In this document: positions 29,305-39,780 of the stretch, piece after piece
How the letters are laid out: each line of letters opens with the position of its first letter
How positions within the stretch are numbered: position 1 is the first letter of the stretch
Source of the DNA: Bacteroidales bacterium UBA6828
GTDB lineage: Bacteria; Bacteroidota; Bacteroidia; Bacteroidales; Paludibacteraceae
Assembly: GCA_002452095.1 (NCBI GenBank)
Contig: DKEG01000026.1
Coordinates: 442-64,441 of the forward strand
Direction of reading: 5' to 3'
DNA length: 64,000 bases
Made by a program: the position numbers and the translations under genes
The notes under the pieces: generated by a model
The model's input: only the letters and a program-made list of their open reading frames with translations
The model's database searches: none
Told to the model about the DNA's origin: nothing

Positions 29305-29494
29305 TATATTTGTACATAAGTGTTGCATAAATGAAAATTTTGTAGTAATTTTGCCCTTGATTTATCAATAGGCCAAATACCGTTGGTTTTAACTCGTTTT
29401 GCACAGCCTTGTTTCTATACACAGAAAACCGGTCTGTTTCATCTTTGTAATAAAATAAACAAAATATAATTTACTAACTAAAAACTCTATTCTT

Positions 29495-32400
29495 ATGAGG
29501 CAGAACAAACTTTTCCTGTTTTTGTTGTCGGTTTGCTTCTCTGTGGGAATAACAGCGCAGACGGCGGCTACGTCGCTGCCATACTCCACAGGCTTCGAGG
29601 ACGCAACGGACAATGCTTCCTGGCAGTTCGCCAATGCCACGGTTAACCAGTGGTGTATCGGCTCTGCCGCCAACCACGGCGGTACCAATGCGCTGTATAT
29701 CAGTAGCGATGGAGGTACATCTTGTAAATACAATAATTCAAAGAAAACCACCTCTTTCGCCTATCGTACTTTCCATTTTGATGCTTCGGATTATAGCATA
29801 TCCTTCGATTGGACGGGGCAGGGAGAATCTACGTATGATGGCGTACAAGTGCTGCTTATCCCGTCGAGTGTCTCATTGTCATCGTTGGGAGCAGATAACA
29901 ATAACATCACTTTAGGTTCCATCACCGGATTTACCATCAGTACTATGACTAGTACCATTACGCAAGCCGGTTACATACGCTTAGACTGCTCTCGTCCGTA
30001 TACCACAAACAAACAATGGATTTTCAGTGAACAGGATGAATGGGTAGCGCAAAGCCAAAAGGTTACCATATCCGCTGCAGGTGATTATAATCTGGTCTTT
30101 ATATTCCAATGTGATAACGGTACCGGCAGAACGGCTCCTGCTATTGATAATATCTTTATCAGCAAGATGGCTTGTGTAGAGATGGCGGCACCTGCTGTCT
30201 CCGATATTACCGCCAACTCGGCAAAAGTTACGTGGACTGCCTCTACATCAACGGATGTGCAGGGCTATGACTACATAGTTATTCCGGCGAGCGGTTCGAT
30301 AGACGAGAGCAAGGTACAGCATGCTGCAACACAGACGCAGGCTTCGGTTACGGGGTTGTCTGCCAATACGGATTATGTGGCGTATGTACGTGCGGTGTGC
30401 GAAGAGGGTGCCGGTGTATGGGCTCGTACGGCTTTCCATACCGACTGTGCGCCGATATCCGTTCCTTTTGCAGAAGGCTTTGAGGGGACTATGCCGGCAG
30501 GCGATAAGGTCATGCCCTATTGCTGGGAGGCTATTAAAAATAGCGGCTACCCGTATGTGTATGAACCCAGTTACTCTTCGGTTGCGCACAACGGTGAAAA
30601 GAGCCTGATCTTTATGGGCGGCAGCAGTGGCAGTGAGAATTACGCCATTCTGCCGACCTTCAGCGTTCCCGTCAATGAGTTGATGCTGTCGTTCTATTAC
30701 AAGAGCGGATATGTACAGGACGGATACGGAAAATTCATTGTGGGTGTGATGAGCAACCCTGCGGACAAAAACACGTTTGTTGCCATAGACACCCTGGAGC
30801 AGAAAGGCAGTTGGACATTGGCTAAAGTGTACCTGAACGATGCACCTGCCACCCACAACTATATTGCCATCAAATACGGCTGCGCTGACAAAGCGTCCGG
30901 CAACTCGTATATTGATGATATTACCGTGGATAATATGCCTGCTTGCGTGCCTGCCAAGAAAATCCGCATCAATGCCACTACGCAAACATCGGCTACCATT
31001 GCTTGGCAAGCAGGCAAAGACGAAACCGATTGGATTGTGAAGTATGTGGCTGCGGGTGAGACTGACACGGTTACGAGCAATGTCTCGGCTACTCCGTCGC
31101 TGACTATCAATGGGCTGAAACACAGTACTTCCTATTCCTATTATGTAGCCGTACAATCGGATTGCGGCAGCGAAAAGGCGGAGGTTACAAAAGCCACCTT
31201 GTCGTTTGCTACCGAATGTGCAGCGTTTACTGCGGTTCGAGACTCAATTCTGTTGGATTTTGAGACCTATCGCAACGGGCAGAGTTTCGCGGATATCCCC
31301 TGCTGGAATACCTTTGCCGGCAAGGGTACCACCACTACATGGAAAGTGGAGTCCGGTAGTGCCTCTTTGAGCAATCTGTATGATAACACCAACTATTCCG
31401 TTTTGGTAACACCCGAGTTGGAAATCCCGGGAAATTCGGAATTGAGTTTGTATGTAAAATCGAGTTATAGTTCGGCATATACAGCCAATGACAGTTTGAT
31501 TGTGTATATCAATGCAGACCCGACTTTGGAGGGGGCTACCCGTTTGGGCAAAATTACCGGTCTGACCTCGGACTACCAATTCTTCCGTTTCAGTCTGGAG
31601 CAATTCCGCGGCAACCACTATGTACTGATTGTGTCATACAACTATGGTGCGGTTTTGGTGGACAATATCCTTATTTCTCCGGAACCCGCCTGCCTGCCTC
31701 CTACCAAGTTGGTATTAGGCGACGTGGCTGCACGGCAAGCAACGTTCAGTTGGACTCCCGGCAAGAACGAGACCCGATGGCAGATAGTGGCAGTGAACAA
31801 CAGTCAGGCTCTCTATTTCGAGGAAACGGTGGATAATACACCCGCTTTCACAATGGAGGGACTTGAACCTGCCACTACCGATACATTCAGCATTACGATC
31901 ACCTCCGTATGCGACGATGTGCCGAGCGTGGAGACTCTGAAGGGAACACTGATCTTCACCACTATCTGCGAACCCGCAGACCATACCGCAGCCGCACCGG
32001 GCGACACCCTGCTCTTTACCTCGTTTGAGGCAGACGACAAGAACGAGGCGTTTGAGGATGGTCCATGGGATGATAATGCGCATATCTGCTGGACAAATAT
32101 CCGCCACGGCGGAGGCAACGGCAACGACTATCTGCGTTGGTCGGTTGGCAATGGTTCGAGATATGATACCTATTCGGGCGAACAAAGTCTGTCGCTGTCC
32201 GCTCCGAGCAGCAATACCCATCCGGGCATTCTCTTTGCTCTCCCCGCAATGACTTTCAGCGAGGGACAGGAACTGGGCTTGAGTTTCTGGGCTAAATGCG
32301 GTAGCAGTTTGGATTCCATTGTGGTTTATCTCAATAGTATGCCGTCTGTTGAGGGCGCAACGCATATCGGCAACACAGGTATTCTGACGAGCGATATGAC

Positions 32401-35044
32401 CTATTATGAGTTCGACCCGATCCGTACCACAGCAGGCGTAAACTATGTGATTGTCTATACCGAGCGTTCTGCCTCTTCGGAAATGTACTTGGACGACCTT
32501 ACATTGCGTCTCCTGCCCAACTGCCGCAAGGTGAAAGAGGCAGAGATTACCGACATTGCTACCACCGGTGCCAAACTGGCTTGGACACCCGCACACGAGG
32601 AGAATACATGGAATGTGGTAGTAAAGAACGGCAAAGATACCCTGCTCAATACGCAGGCAATCACCCCATCGGTACCATTATCGAACCTTACCCCCGCCAC
32701 CAAATACACATTCTCCGTTACTATCGCTGCCGTATGCGACGGCGTAGAGGCTGCCGAGAAATATGAAGGACAGTTGTCTTTCACCACCGGGTGCGAGGTT
32801 ATCACCGCTTTCCCGTGGAGCGAGGGCTTTGAGGCTATGCCTATGGGCAACAGCACCTCCGACGGTCCGCTCTGCTGGGACATCTTGGATGCCAACCAAG
32901 GCGGAAATGCATCGGTATTCGTGGAAAATAGTTATACCCCGTCTTCGTATGGTTATAATCCTCCCAAGGCTTACCATTCGGGCAGCAAAGGTCTGGTAAT
33001 GGCATTGACCTCCGGCAGCAACGCTGCGGCTTATGCTTTGCTTCCTGATATGGAGAATGTTGCCGGCAAGCAGTTGGTATTCTGGTACAAGTTGTACGAG
33101 ACAAACAAGAAACTGGAAGTGGGCTATCTGACCGATGTGGCTGACAAATCGACATGGAAGACCATTGCTTCCTATACCCCCAAAACGAATGATACATGGG
33201 AGGAGATCAAAGTTACTTTGGCTGTTCCCGAAGATGTAGTGAACCCGCATTTCGGTTTCCGCTTTGCTGCATCCTATTCGAATACAGCGGCTTATATTGA
33301 TGACATCAAGGTGCGCGAGGTACCTGTCTGCGATATGGCAACCGACTTGCATATCATTGACTCGCTCAGTACTGCCAATAGTGCTACCGTGGCTTGGTCG
33401 GGCTTGGCAGATGCCGGTTATACCGTTATCTTCCGCGGCAACGATACCATCACCAAGCAGGTAACCGATACCTTCTGCGTGTTGGACGGACTGACCGCAT
33501 CGCGTATCTACCACTATGAGGTAAGCGTTGTGGCACGCTGTGTCGCAGGCGAAGCCGTAGATACCCTTACTGCCAACCTGCAATGGCTGACCGACTGCGC
33601 CGGGGCTGTTACCACCTTCCCCTACAATATCGGTTTCGAGGAAGAAGATGGCTATGCATTCAAATCTTCCACAGTCTATACTATGCCGAAATGTGTTGTT
33701 TCTGAGGTTTGCGAGGGTGCTTCTAACTATCGTCTCATTCCTTCAAACAGCAATCCTAATGGTGTACATTCGGGTAGTCAGTACCTGTATATGTATGGTG
33801 CTTTTTCTTATAGTTACAAATATCGCAGTTCGTTTGCATTCCCGGAAATGGTTATTCCTGAGGCTAACGCATACGAATTGGCAATCTGGTCGCGTATCAA
33901 TAGTAGTAGTAAGCCGAATTATCCTGATAGCGTAGAGGTGTTCTACAATACGGAAAAGCAGTCATTGGACGGCGCAACGAAGATAGGTGCGTTCAAGCCG
34001 ACAACCACTTATACCCGGTACAAGTTCACGTTGCCTGCAGCAGGCAGTCAGTATGTGATTCTCAAGGCGTGGGCTAACCAAGGGCAGATCTTCTTCGACG
34101 ATGCTTCGTTCCGCAAGATCCCGAGTTGCTTCCCCGTAGAGAATGTACGTGTCAGTGCCGTAGGTTTGGATACAGCCCGTATTGCTTGGGATACAAAGAA
34201 CGATGGTGCAAGTTATCGTGTAAACATTATGCAAGGTACGAATGTGTTGTATGACGGTATGGTCAATGATACGGTGCTTGTACTCCGCAACTTGACCTCA
34301 TCTACTATGTACAACGACCTGAAAGTAACGATTGTAACCGTCTGCACAGATGGTGAAATATCTGCCGACATCTATACCGGCTCCATCTCTTTTGCCACCG
34401 AGTGTCGCACTATCATCAACTTCCCATGGGTGGAGGACTTCGAGAACTTTAATGAAGGCACTTTCAGCAATCCTTGCTGGCTCAATGAGCATATATCCGG
34501 CAATGGAAATAAATTGTTTGCTATTGCTCAGGGTAAGAGGGATGGCAAAGACGCGAAATTTGTAAAACTGCCAGTACAGACAGAAAACACGTACACGCGT
34601 CTGGTACTGCCTACAATGGATATACCGGTAGCAGGGGCGTATGATTTCTATTTGGATGTACATCGTCATTCGGGTTCCAACAAACCGACCGAGGGCGTAT
34701 ATATCATCGCCGGTACCGATACGCTTGCTTTCATTCCACGGCAGATAGCGGTAAATGGCATCAATGTTCCGATAGAAACTGCTGAAGCATGGTACACCTA
34801 CCATTTTACCATCCCGAATGCAGGTGTGCAGAACATCACCATCTTGGGACGTAGTGAGTGGGGGAGGGCCACCAATATGGATAACTTTATGGTTAAAGCC
34901 AACGGCAAAGTGCCTTCTGCATTGTCGGGTACGGGCGCTGATACCGACTTGGCAATCAAATTTATCCGCAACGGACAAGTGTATATTTTGCGCAACGGTA
35001 TCATCTACAATGCCCTCGGGCAGCGTGTCGAGGTGCTGAAATAA
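29495..35044 (+). CDS. giant modular surface protein (6 FN3 units), paralog 2
   Basis: 1849 aa. It is collinear with the 23946 gene module by module, with one extra module+FN3 unit (about nt 33597-34403). The C-terminal tail is KFIRNGQVYILRNGIIYNALGQRV. Confidence 0.85.
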   Translation: MRQNKLFLFLLSVCFSVGITAQTAATSLPYSTGFEDATDNASWQFANATVNQWCIGSAANHGGTNALYISSDGGTSCKYNNSKKTTSFAYRTFHFDASDYSISFDWTGQGESTYDGVQVLLIPSSVSLSSLGADNNNITLGSITGFTISTMTSTITQAGYIRLDCSRPYTTNKQWIFSEQDEWVAQSQKVTISAAGDYNLVFIFQCDNGTGRTAPAIDNIFISKMACVEMAAPAVSDITANSAKVTWTASTSTDVQGYDYIVIPASGSIDESKVQHAATQTQASVTGLSANTDYVAYVRAVCEEGAGVWARTAFHTDCAPISVPFAEGFEGTMPAGDKVMPYCWEAIKNSGYPYVYEPSYSSVAHNGEKSLIFMGGSSGSENYAILPTFSVPVNELMLSFYYKSGYVQDGYGKFIVGVMSNPADKNTFVAIDTLEQKGSWTLAKVYLNDAPATHNYIAIKYGCADKASGNSYIDDITVDNMPACVPAKKIRINATTQTSATIAWQAGKDETDWIVKYVAAGETDTVTSNVSATPSLTINGLKHSTSYSYYVAVQSDCGSEKAEVTKATLSFATECAAFTAVRDSILLDFETYRNGQSFADIPCWNTFAGKGTTTTWKVESGSASLSNLYDNTNYSVLVTPELEIPGNSELSLYVKSSYSSAYTANDSLIVYINADPTLEGATRLGKITGLTSDYQFFRFSLEQFRGNHYVLIVSYNYGAVLVDNILISPEPACLPPTKLVLGDVAARQATFSWTPGKNETRWQIVAVNNSQALYFEETVDNTPAFTMEGLEPATTDTFSITITSVCDDVPSVETLKGTLIFTTICEPADHTAAAPGDTLLFTSFEADDKNEAFEDGPWDDNAHICWTNIRHGGGNGNDYLRWSVGNGSRYDTYSGEQSLSLSAPSSNTHPGILFALPAMTFSEGQELGLSFWAKCGSSLDSIVVYLNSMPSVEGATHIGNTGILTSDMTYYEFDPIRTTAGVNYVIVYTERSASSEMYLDDLTLRLLPNCRKVKEAEITDIATTGAKLAWTPAHEENTWNVVVKNGKDTLLNTQAITPSVPLSNLTPATKYTFSVTIAAVCDGVEAAEKYEGQLSFTTGCEVITAFPWSEGFEAMPMGNSTSDGPLCWDILDANQGGNASVFVENSYTPSSYGYNPPKAYHSGSKGLVMALTSGSNAAAYALLPDMENVAGKQLVFWYKLYETNKKLEVGYLTDVADKSTWKTIASYTPKTNDTWEEIKVTLAVPEDVVNPHFGFRFAASYSNTAAYIDDIKVREVPVCDMATDLHIIDSLSTANSATVAWSGLADAGYTVIFRGNDTITKQVTDTFCVLDGLTASRIYHYEVSVVARCVAGEAVDTLTANLQWLTDCAGAVTTFPYNIGFEEEDGYAFKSSTVYTMPKCVVSEVCEGASNYRLIPSNSNPNGVHSGSQYLYMYGAFSYSYKYRSSFAFPEMVIPEANAYELAIWSRINSSSKPNYPDSVEVFYNTEKQSLDGATKIGAFKPTTTYTRYKFTLPAAGSQYVILKAWANQGQIFFDDASFRKIPSCFPVENVRVSAVGLDTARIAWDTKNDGASYRVNIMQGTNVLYDGMVNDTVLVLRNLTSSTMYNDLKVTIVTVCTDGEISADIYTGSISFATECRTIINFPWVEDFENFNEGTFSNPCWLNEHISGNGNKLFAIAQGKRDGKDAKFVKLPVQTENTYTRLVLPTMDIPVAGAYDFYLDVHRHSGSNKPTEGVYIIAGTDTLAFIPRQIAVNGINVPIETAEAWYTYHFTIPNAGVQNITILGRSEWGRATNMDNFMVKANGKVPSALSGTGADTDLAIKFIRNGQVYILRNGIIYNALGQRVEVLK

Positions 35045-35065
35045 TCGCTCCGTAGCGTATTAAAA

Positions 35066-35106
35066 CAAAGGCGGACTGCTTTCGGGCAGCCCGCCTTTGT
35101 TGTTTG
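35066..35106 (+). terminator. rho-independent terminator of the 1849-aa gene
   Basis: CAAAGGCGGACTGC-tttcgg-GCAGCCCGCCTTTG is a 14-bp stem with one mismatch, followed by a T-rich tract. Confidence 0.7.
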
Positions 35107-35147
35107 CCTTTGTTTGGGAGAGGGTTGCACATATCGGAAAAATGTAG

Positions 35148-35155
35148 TAACTTTG
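35148..35155 (+). promoter_or_regulatory. candidate -7 box TAacTTTG for ileS
   Basis: Matches TAnnTTTG, 50 nt before the preferred ileS ATG at 35205. Confidence 0.4.
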
Positions 35156-35204
35156 TGCGCTATTTGTGCAAATAGCATTGTATAAGATATTTACCTACAG
35201 AGAT

Positions 35205-38200
35205 ATGAAGAAATTCAACGAGTACAAACAACTGAATTTGCCAGGACTGAGCCGCGAGGTGCTGGCTGACTGGGAGAAGGAAGACCTGTTCCACAAGAGT
35301 ATCACGACACGTGCGGGGCATCCGCAGTTCCTGTTCTTCGAGGGACCTCCTTCGGCAAACGGAATGCCGGGTATTCACCATGTGCTGGCACGTACTATCA
35401 AGGATACATTCTGCCGCTACAAGACCATGCAGGGTTATCAGGTGCAGCGCAAGGCGGGTTGGGACACCCACGGACTGCCTGTGGAACTCGGTGTGGAGAA
35501 GATGCTCGGTATCACCAAAGAGGACATCGGCAAGAAAATCAGCGTGGACGAGTACAACGCCGCTTGCCGCCGCGAGGTGATGAAATATACCAAGGAGTGG
35601 ACCAACCTGACGAAGCAGATGGGGTATTGGGTGGATTTGGAGAACCCGTATATCACCTACGACAACAAATATATCGAGACCCTTTGGTACCTGCTCAAAC
35701 GCCTGTATGAGAACGGCTACCTCTACAAGGGTTATACCATTCAGCCTTACTCGCCTGCTGCGGGTACGGGCCTGTCGTCGCACGAGTTGAACCAGCCCGG
35801 CTGCTACCGTGATGTAAAGGACACCACCTGCACCGCCCAGTTTTTGATTAAGGACGTTAAAGACCTTAAAGTCCTTAACGACCTTAGGGACGCTGACGGC
35901 ACACCTTTATATGCCCTCGCATGGACGACCACGCCGTGGACACTGCCGAGTAATACCGCCCTCTGCGTAGGGCCGAAGATTGACTATGTGGTGGTACGCG
36001 GGGAGAACCTCTATACCAAGATACCGGCTCTCTACCTGCTGGCGGAGGCTTGCTTGCATACTTATACCAAAGAGTTGGGTGAAGCCCCCGAGATACTCTG
36101 GCGCGGCAAAGGCACCGACCTCGTCGGCATAGAATATGAGCAACTTATCCCATGGGCAAAGCCCGACGGCGACGCTTTCCGTATCATTGCGGGCGACTAC
36201 GTAACCACCGAGGACGGTACAGGTATCGTGCATATTGCGCCGACTTTCGGTGCGGACGATGCGTTTGTGGCAAAGAAAGCGAATATCCCGGGTATGGTCT
36301 TCCTGACCAAGAAAGGCGAGCAACGCCCGATGGTGGATATGACGGGCAAGTTTTTCCTGCTTGAGGATCTGGACGATGCGTTTGTGGCAAAGCATATCGA
36401 TGTGGAGGCATATCGCCCGTGGGCGGGACGCTTCGTGAAGAATGCCTACGACCCCAACCTGACGGACAAAGACGAGACCCTCGACATCAGTATCTGCATA
36501 ATGCTGAAAGCAGAGAACAAAGCCTTCCGCATCGAGAAGCACGTGCATACCTATCCCCACTGCTGGCGTACCGACAAACCTGTGCTTTACTATCCGCTTG
36601 ACTCGTGGTTTATCCGCTCCACCAAGGCACGCGAGGAGATGATACGCCTCAACAACACCATCCACTGGCAGCCCGAATCAACGGGTACGGGGCGTTTCGG
36701 CAAGTGGCTCGAGAACCTGAACGACTGGAACCTCTCCCGCTCACGCTACTGGGGTACGCCGCTGCCTATATGGCGCACCGAGGACGGACAGGAAGAGATA
36801 TGCATCGGTTCTATCAGAGAACTCTTCGAGGAGATAGACAAGTCCATCGCTGCGGGCTTTATGAAAGAGAACCCATACCCCAAACACGTGGTGGGCGACT
36901 ACTCGAAAGAGAACTACGCCCCATCGGTGATCGACCTGCACCGCCCGTATGTGGACGGCATCATTCTCTGCTCGCCAAGCGGCAAGCCGATGAAGCGCGA
37001 ACTCGACCTGATAGATGTATGGTTTGATTCGGGTGCGATGCCGTATGCGCAGAACCACTATCCGTTTGAGAACCAGGACGCTCCGCGCACGGCAGACTTT
37101 ATCTGTGAGGGTGTGGACCAGACCCGCGGTTGGTTCTTTACGCTGCATGCCATCCATACGATGATAGAGGACAAAGTGGCGTACAAGAATGTGATTTCCA
37201 ACGGATTGGTGCTGGATAAGAACGGAAACAAGATGTCGAAACGGTTGGGCAATGCGGTGGATCCGTTTGCTACACTCGACAAGTACGGTGCCGACCCGGT
37301 GCGCTGGTATATGCTGACCAACTCCAGTCCGTGGGACAACCTCAAGTTCGACCCCGAGGGCGTGGACGAGGTGCGCCGCAAGTTCTTCGGCACGCTCTAT
37401 AATACGTATGGTTTCTTTGCCTTGTATGCGAACGTGGATTCGTGGCAACCGAATGGTGATCAAGGCGTTCTGACGGAAATCGACAAGTGGATTTTGAGCC
37501 GTCTGAACTCGCTCATTCAGGAGGTTACCGCCGATTATGAGGCATACGAACCCACCAAGGCGGGGCGTGCCATCTCCGACTTTGTGCAGGACGACTTGAG
37601 CAACTGGTATGTACGCTTGAACCGCAAACGTTTCTGGGGCGGGGAGATGAACGCGGACAAGCAGGCGGCATATACCACGCTCTACACCTGTCTGAAGACC
37701 GTGGCGCAACTGATGGCACCCAATGCACCGTTCTTTGCTGACCGCCTCTATCGCGACCTAACCGACGAGACCGTGCATCTGAGCAACTGGCCGAAAGCCG
37801 ACGAGGCATTGATTAACAAAGATTTGGAACGCAGTATGTATCTGGCTCAGCAGGCTACATCGATGATACTGAGTTTGCGCAAGCGTGCCGAGAAGAATGT
37901 ACGCCAGCCGCTGCAGAAAGCCGTTATCCCTGTGCCTGACAAAGAGACGCTGCAAGCCCTGCTTCATGTGCAAGACCTGATCAAGAGCGAGGTGAACGTG
38001 AAGGAGTTGGTTATCACCACCGCCGAGAACTCGGAGGTGAAACTGGTGAAGAAAATCAAGCCGAACTTCAAGGTATTGGGCAAGAAAGTGGGTGGTAAGA
38101 TGAAAGAACTGGCTGCGGCTATCAGTAAGATGACGCAGGACGAGATTGCGCAGTTTGAAGCAGCGGGGACGTTCCGCCTGCTGGATATTGACCTTGTGGC

Positions 38201-38555
38201 AGAGGATGTGGATATCATCACGGAGGATATGCCGGGCTGGCTCGTGGCGAACAACGGTATCCTGACTATCGCCCTCGATATCGAACTCAATGACGCCTTG
38301 ATTGAGGAAGGCATTGCCCGCGAACTAATCAACCGTATCCAGAACCTGCGCAAGACATCAGGCTTGGAGATTACTGACCGTATCGCCATAGAGATAGAGC
38401 GCCGCGACGAGATAGCCGCTGCTGTGGAGCACTGCCGCGACTACATCGCTTCGCAAGTACTGGCAACATCGCTCACGCTTGTGGACAAAGTGGCAGAGCC
38501 GCAAGTGCTCGATATGGACGGCTATATGGTAAACATCAACATTCGGAAAGCATAG
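35205..38555 (+). CDS. ileS: isoleucine--tRNA ligase (type 2)
   Basis: PPSANGMPGIHHVLAR (HIGH), GNKMSKRLGN (KMSKS), and more than 1100 aa. The ATG at 35205 (MKKFNEYKQLNL) is preferred over the track start at 35166. Confidence 0.95.
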   Translation: MKKFNEYKQLNLPGLSREVLADWEKEDLFHKSITTRAGHPQFLFFEGPPSANGMPGIHHVLARTIKDTFCRYKTMQGYQVQRKAGWDTHGLPVELGVEKMLGITKEDIGKKISVDEYNAACRREVMKYTKEWTNLTKQMGYWVDLENPYITYDNKYIETLWYLLKRLYENGYLYKGYTIQPYSPAAGTGLSSHELNQPGCYRDVKDTTCTAQFLIKDVKDLKVLNDLRDADGTPLYALAWTTTPWTLPSNTALCVGPKIDYVVVRGENLYTKIPALYLLAEACLHTYTKELGEAPEILWRGKGTDLVGIEYEQLIPWAKPDGDAFRIIAGDYVTTEDGTGIVHIAPTFGADDAFVAKKANIPGMVFLTKKGEQRPMVDMTGKFFLLEDLDDAFVAKHIDVEAYRPWAGRFVKNAYDPNLTDKDETLDISICIMLKAENKAFRIEKHVHTYPHCWRTDKPVLYYPLDSWFIRSTKAREEMIRLNNTIHWQPESTGTGRFGKWLENLNDWNLSRSRYWGTPLPIWRTEDGQEEICIGSIRELFEEIDKSIAAGFMKENPYPKHVVGDYSKENYAPSVIDLHRPYVDGIILCSPSGKPMKRELDLIDVWFDSGAMPYAQNHYPFENQDAPRTADFICEGVDQTRGWFFTLHAIHTMIEDKVAYKNVISNGLVLDKNGNKMSKRLGNAVDPFATLDKYGADPVRWYMLTNSSPWDNLKFDPEGVDEVRRKFFGTLYNTYGFFALYANVDSWQPNGDQGVLTEIDKWILSRLNSLIQEVTADYEAYEPTKAGRAISDFVQDDLSNWYVRLNRKRFWGGEMNADKQAAYTTLYTCLKTVAQLMAPNAPFFADRLYRDLTDETVHLSNWPKADEALINKDLERSMYLAQQATSMILSLRKRAEKNVRQPLQKAVIPVPDKETLQALLHVQDLIKSEVNVKELVITTAENSEVKLVKKIKPNFKVLGKKVGGKMKELAAAISKMTQDEIAQFEAAGTFRLLDIDLVAEDVDIITEDMPGWLVANNGILTIALDIELNDALIEEGIARELINRIQNLRKTSGLEITDRIAIEIERRDEIAAAVEHCRDYIASQVLATSLTLVDKVAEPQVLDMDGYMVNINIRKA

Positions 38556-38558
38556 GGT

Positions 38559-39359
38559 ATGATTGCCTATTTCTCGGGTACGGGCAACTCGCGGTATGTG
38601 GCAGAGACGATTGCCCAAACGATAAATGATGGAGCAGTTGCTATAGAAACGGCTTGTCCCTCTCTGCAATTAGCGGAAGGAGAGGTCTTCGGGGTGGTGG
38701 TACCTACTTATTGTTGGGGACTGCCTGATATAGTAAGAGAATGGCTGAAATCCATTTGTGGTACATTGCTATCCGATACATATTGCTTTCTGGTAGTTAC
38801 TTATGGCACCACTACGGGACAGATAGGAGTTCAGGCTGATGAATTGCTGAATGGTATCATAGGCAGACCTTTTGATGCACAATTCAGCGTTCGTATGCCG
38901 GATGTGTGGACACCTATCTTTGACTTGTCCGACATAGCATCTGTGGCAAAACAAGTACAATCCGCCAAAGCGGAAACGCAACAAGTGGCTCATAAAATAG
39001 CATTGCACACACAGGGTAAACATATCCGTTGTGCTATTCCTGCACCCATTACAAGATTGTATTATCGTACATATGAGAAAAAGCGTCAAACATATCATTT
39101 GCATGCTGGTGCTACCTGTATCGGTTGCGGGTTGTGTGCCAAGCGTTGTCCCGTGCAGGCTATTGAAATGAAAGCCGACAAGGGGGCGGATAAAAGACAT
39201 CCGGAGTGGATAAAACCCCAATGCACAATGTGCCTGCGCTGCTTGCACCATTGTCCGAAATTTGCTATACAGTACGACAATAAGACCATTCATCATGGGC
39301 AATATGTTTTCCAAAAGTACAATACTACAAATATAGAAAATAGCATAAATAAAATGTAA
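38559..39359 (+). CDS. flavodoxin-like / 2x[4Fe-4S] ferredoxin fusion protein (EFR1-like)
   Basis: N-terminal MIAYFSGTGNSRYVAE is a flavodoxin-like motif. There are two CxxCxxCxxxCP clusters (CIGCGLCAKRCP, CTMCLRCLHHCP). Confidence 0.75.
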   Translation: MIAYFSGTGNSRYVAETIAQTINDGAVAIETACPSLQLAEGEVFGVVVPTYCWGLPDIVREWLKSICGTLLSDTYCFLVVTYGTTTGQIGVQADELLNGIIGRPFDAQFSVRMPDVWTPIFDLSDIASVAKQVQSAKAETQQVAHKIALHTQGKHIRCAIPAPITRLYYRTYEKKRQTYHLHAGATCIGCGLCAKRCPVQAIEMKADKGADKRHPEWIKPQCTMCLRCLHHCPKFAIQYDNKTIHHGQYVFQKYNTTNIENSINKM

Positions 39360-39363
39360 TTTT

Positions 39364-39780
39364 ATGAAAAAGAATATCTTACGTATCGCCATCGTGGCAC
39401 TGATTGGAGTGCTGATGGCATCGTGTATGGGAACATCGGATGTATCTTTCTCGCAAAGCGACCTGCTTGGACTTTGGCAGGAGGATAACACGCAGCATTT
39501 TGTGCGTTTCACCACAGAGAACGCCGATGAGGCTTATTTGTATGGGCGTGAGTGGGACGAGGCGGAAGATGTAACCGAGAGCGACTTGCAAGACTATGGA
39601 AACGGTTGGTTTAAGTGGAAATTGGTAAAAGCGGATCTTACAGAGATACATCTAATGGATAACGGCGGTGCGGAGATACCGAAGATTTATACGGTTACCA
39701 AACTGACAGACAGCGAATTACAATACAATGACGATTACAAGAAAACGCATTCGTTTACCAAGGTGATTGCTGCGAAATGA
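39364..39780 (+). CDS. small lipoprotein, function unknown
   Basis: Lipobox IGVLMASC. 138 aa. The stop overlaps the next start (ATGA). Confidence 0.6.
   Translation: MKKNILRIAIVALIGVLMASCMGTSDVSFSQSDLLGLWQEDNTQHFVRFTTENADEAYLYGREWDEAEDVTESDLQDYGNGWFKWKLVKADLTEIHLMDNGGAEIPKIYTVTKLTDSELQYNDDYKKTHSFTKVIAAK

Noticed and set aside
28955-29751. Small ORFs (71, 71, 120 and 67 aa) in the spacer between the paralogs, and 61319-61586 in the other repeat block.
   Set aside because: They are read through tandem repeats and hairpin elements, and their frames are not conserved between the homologous element copies.
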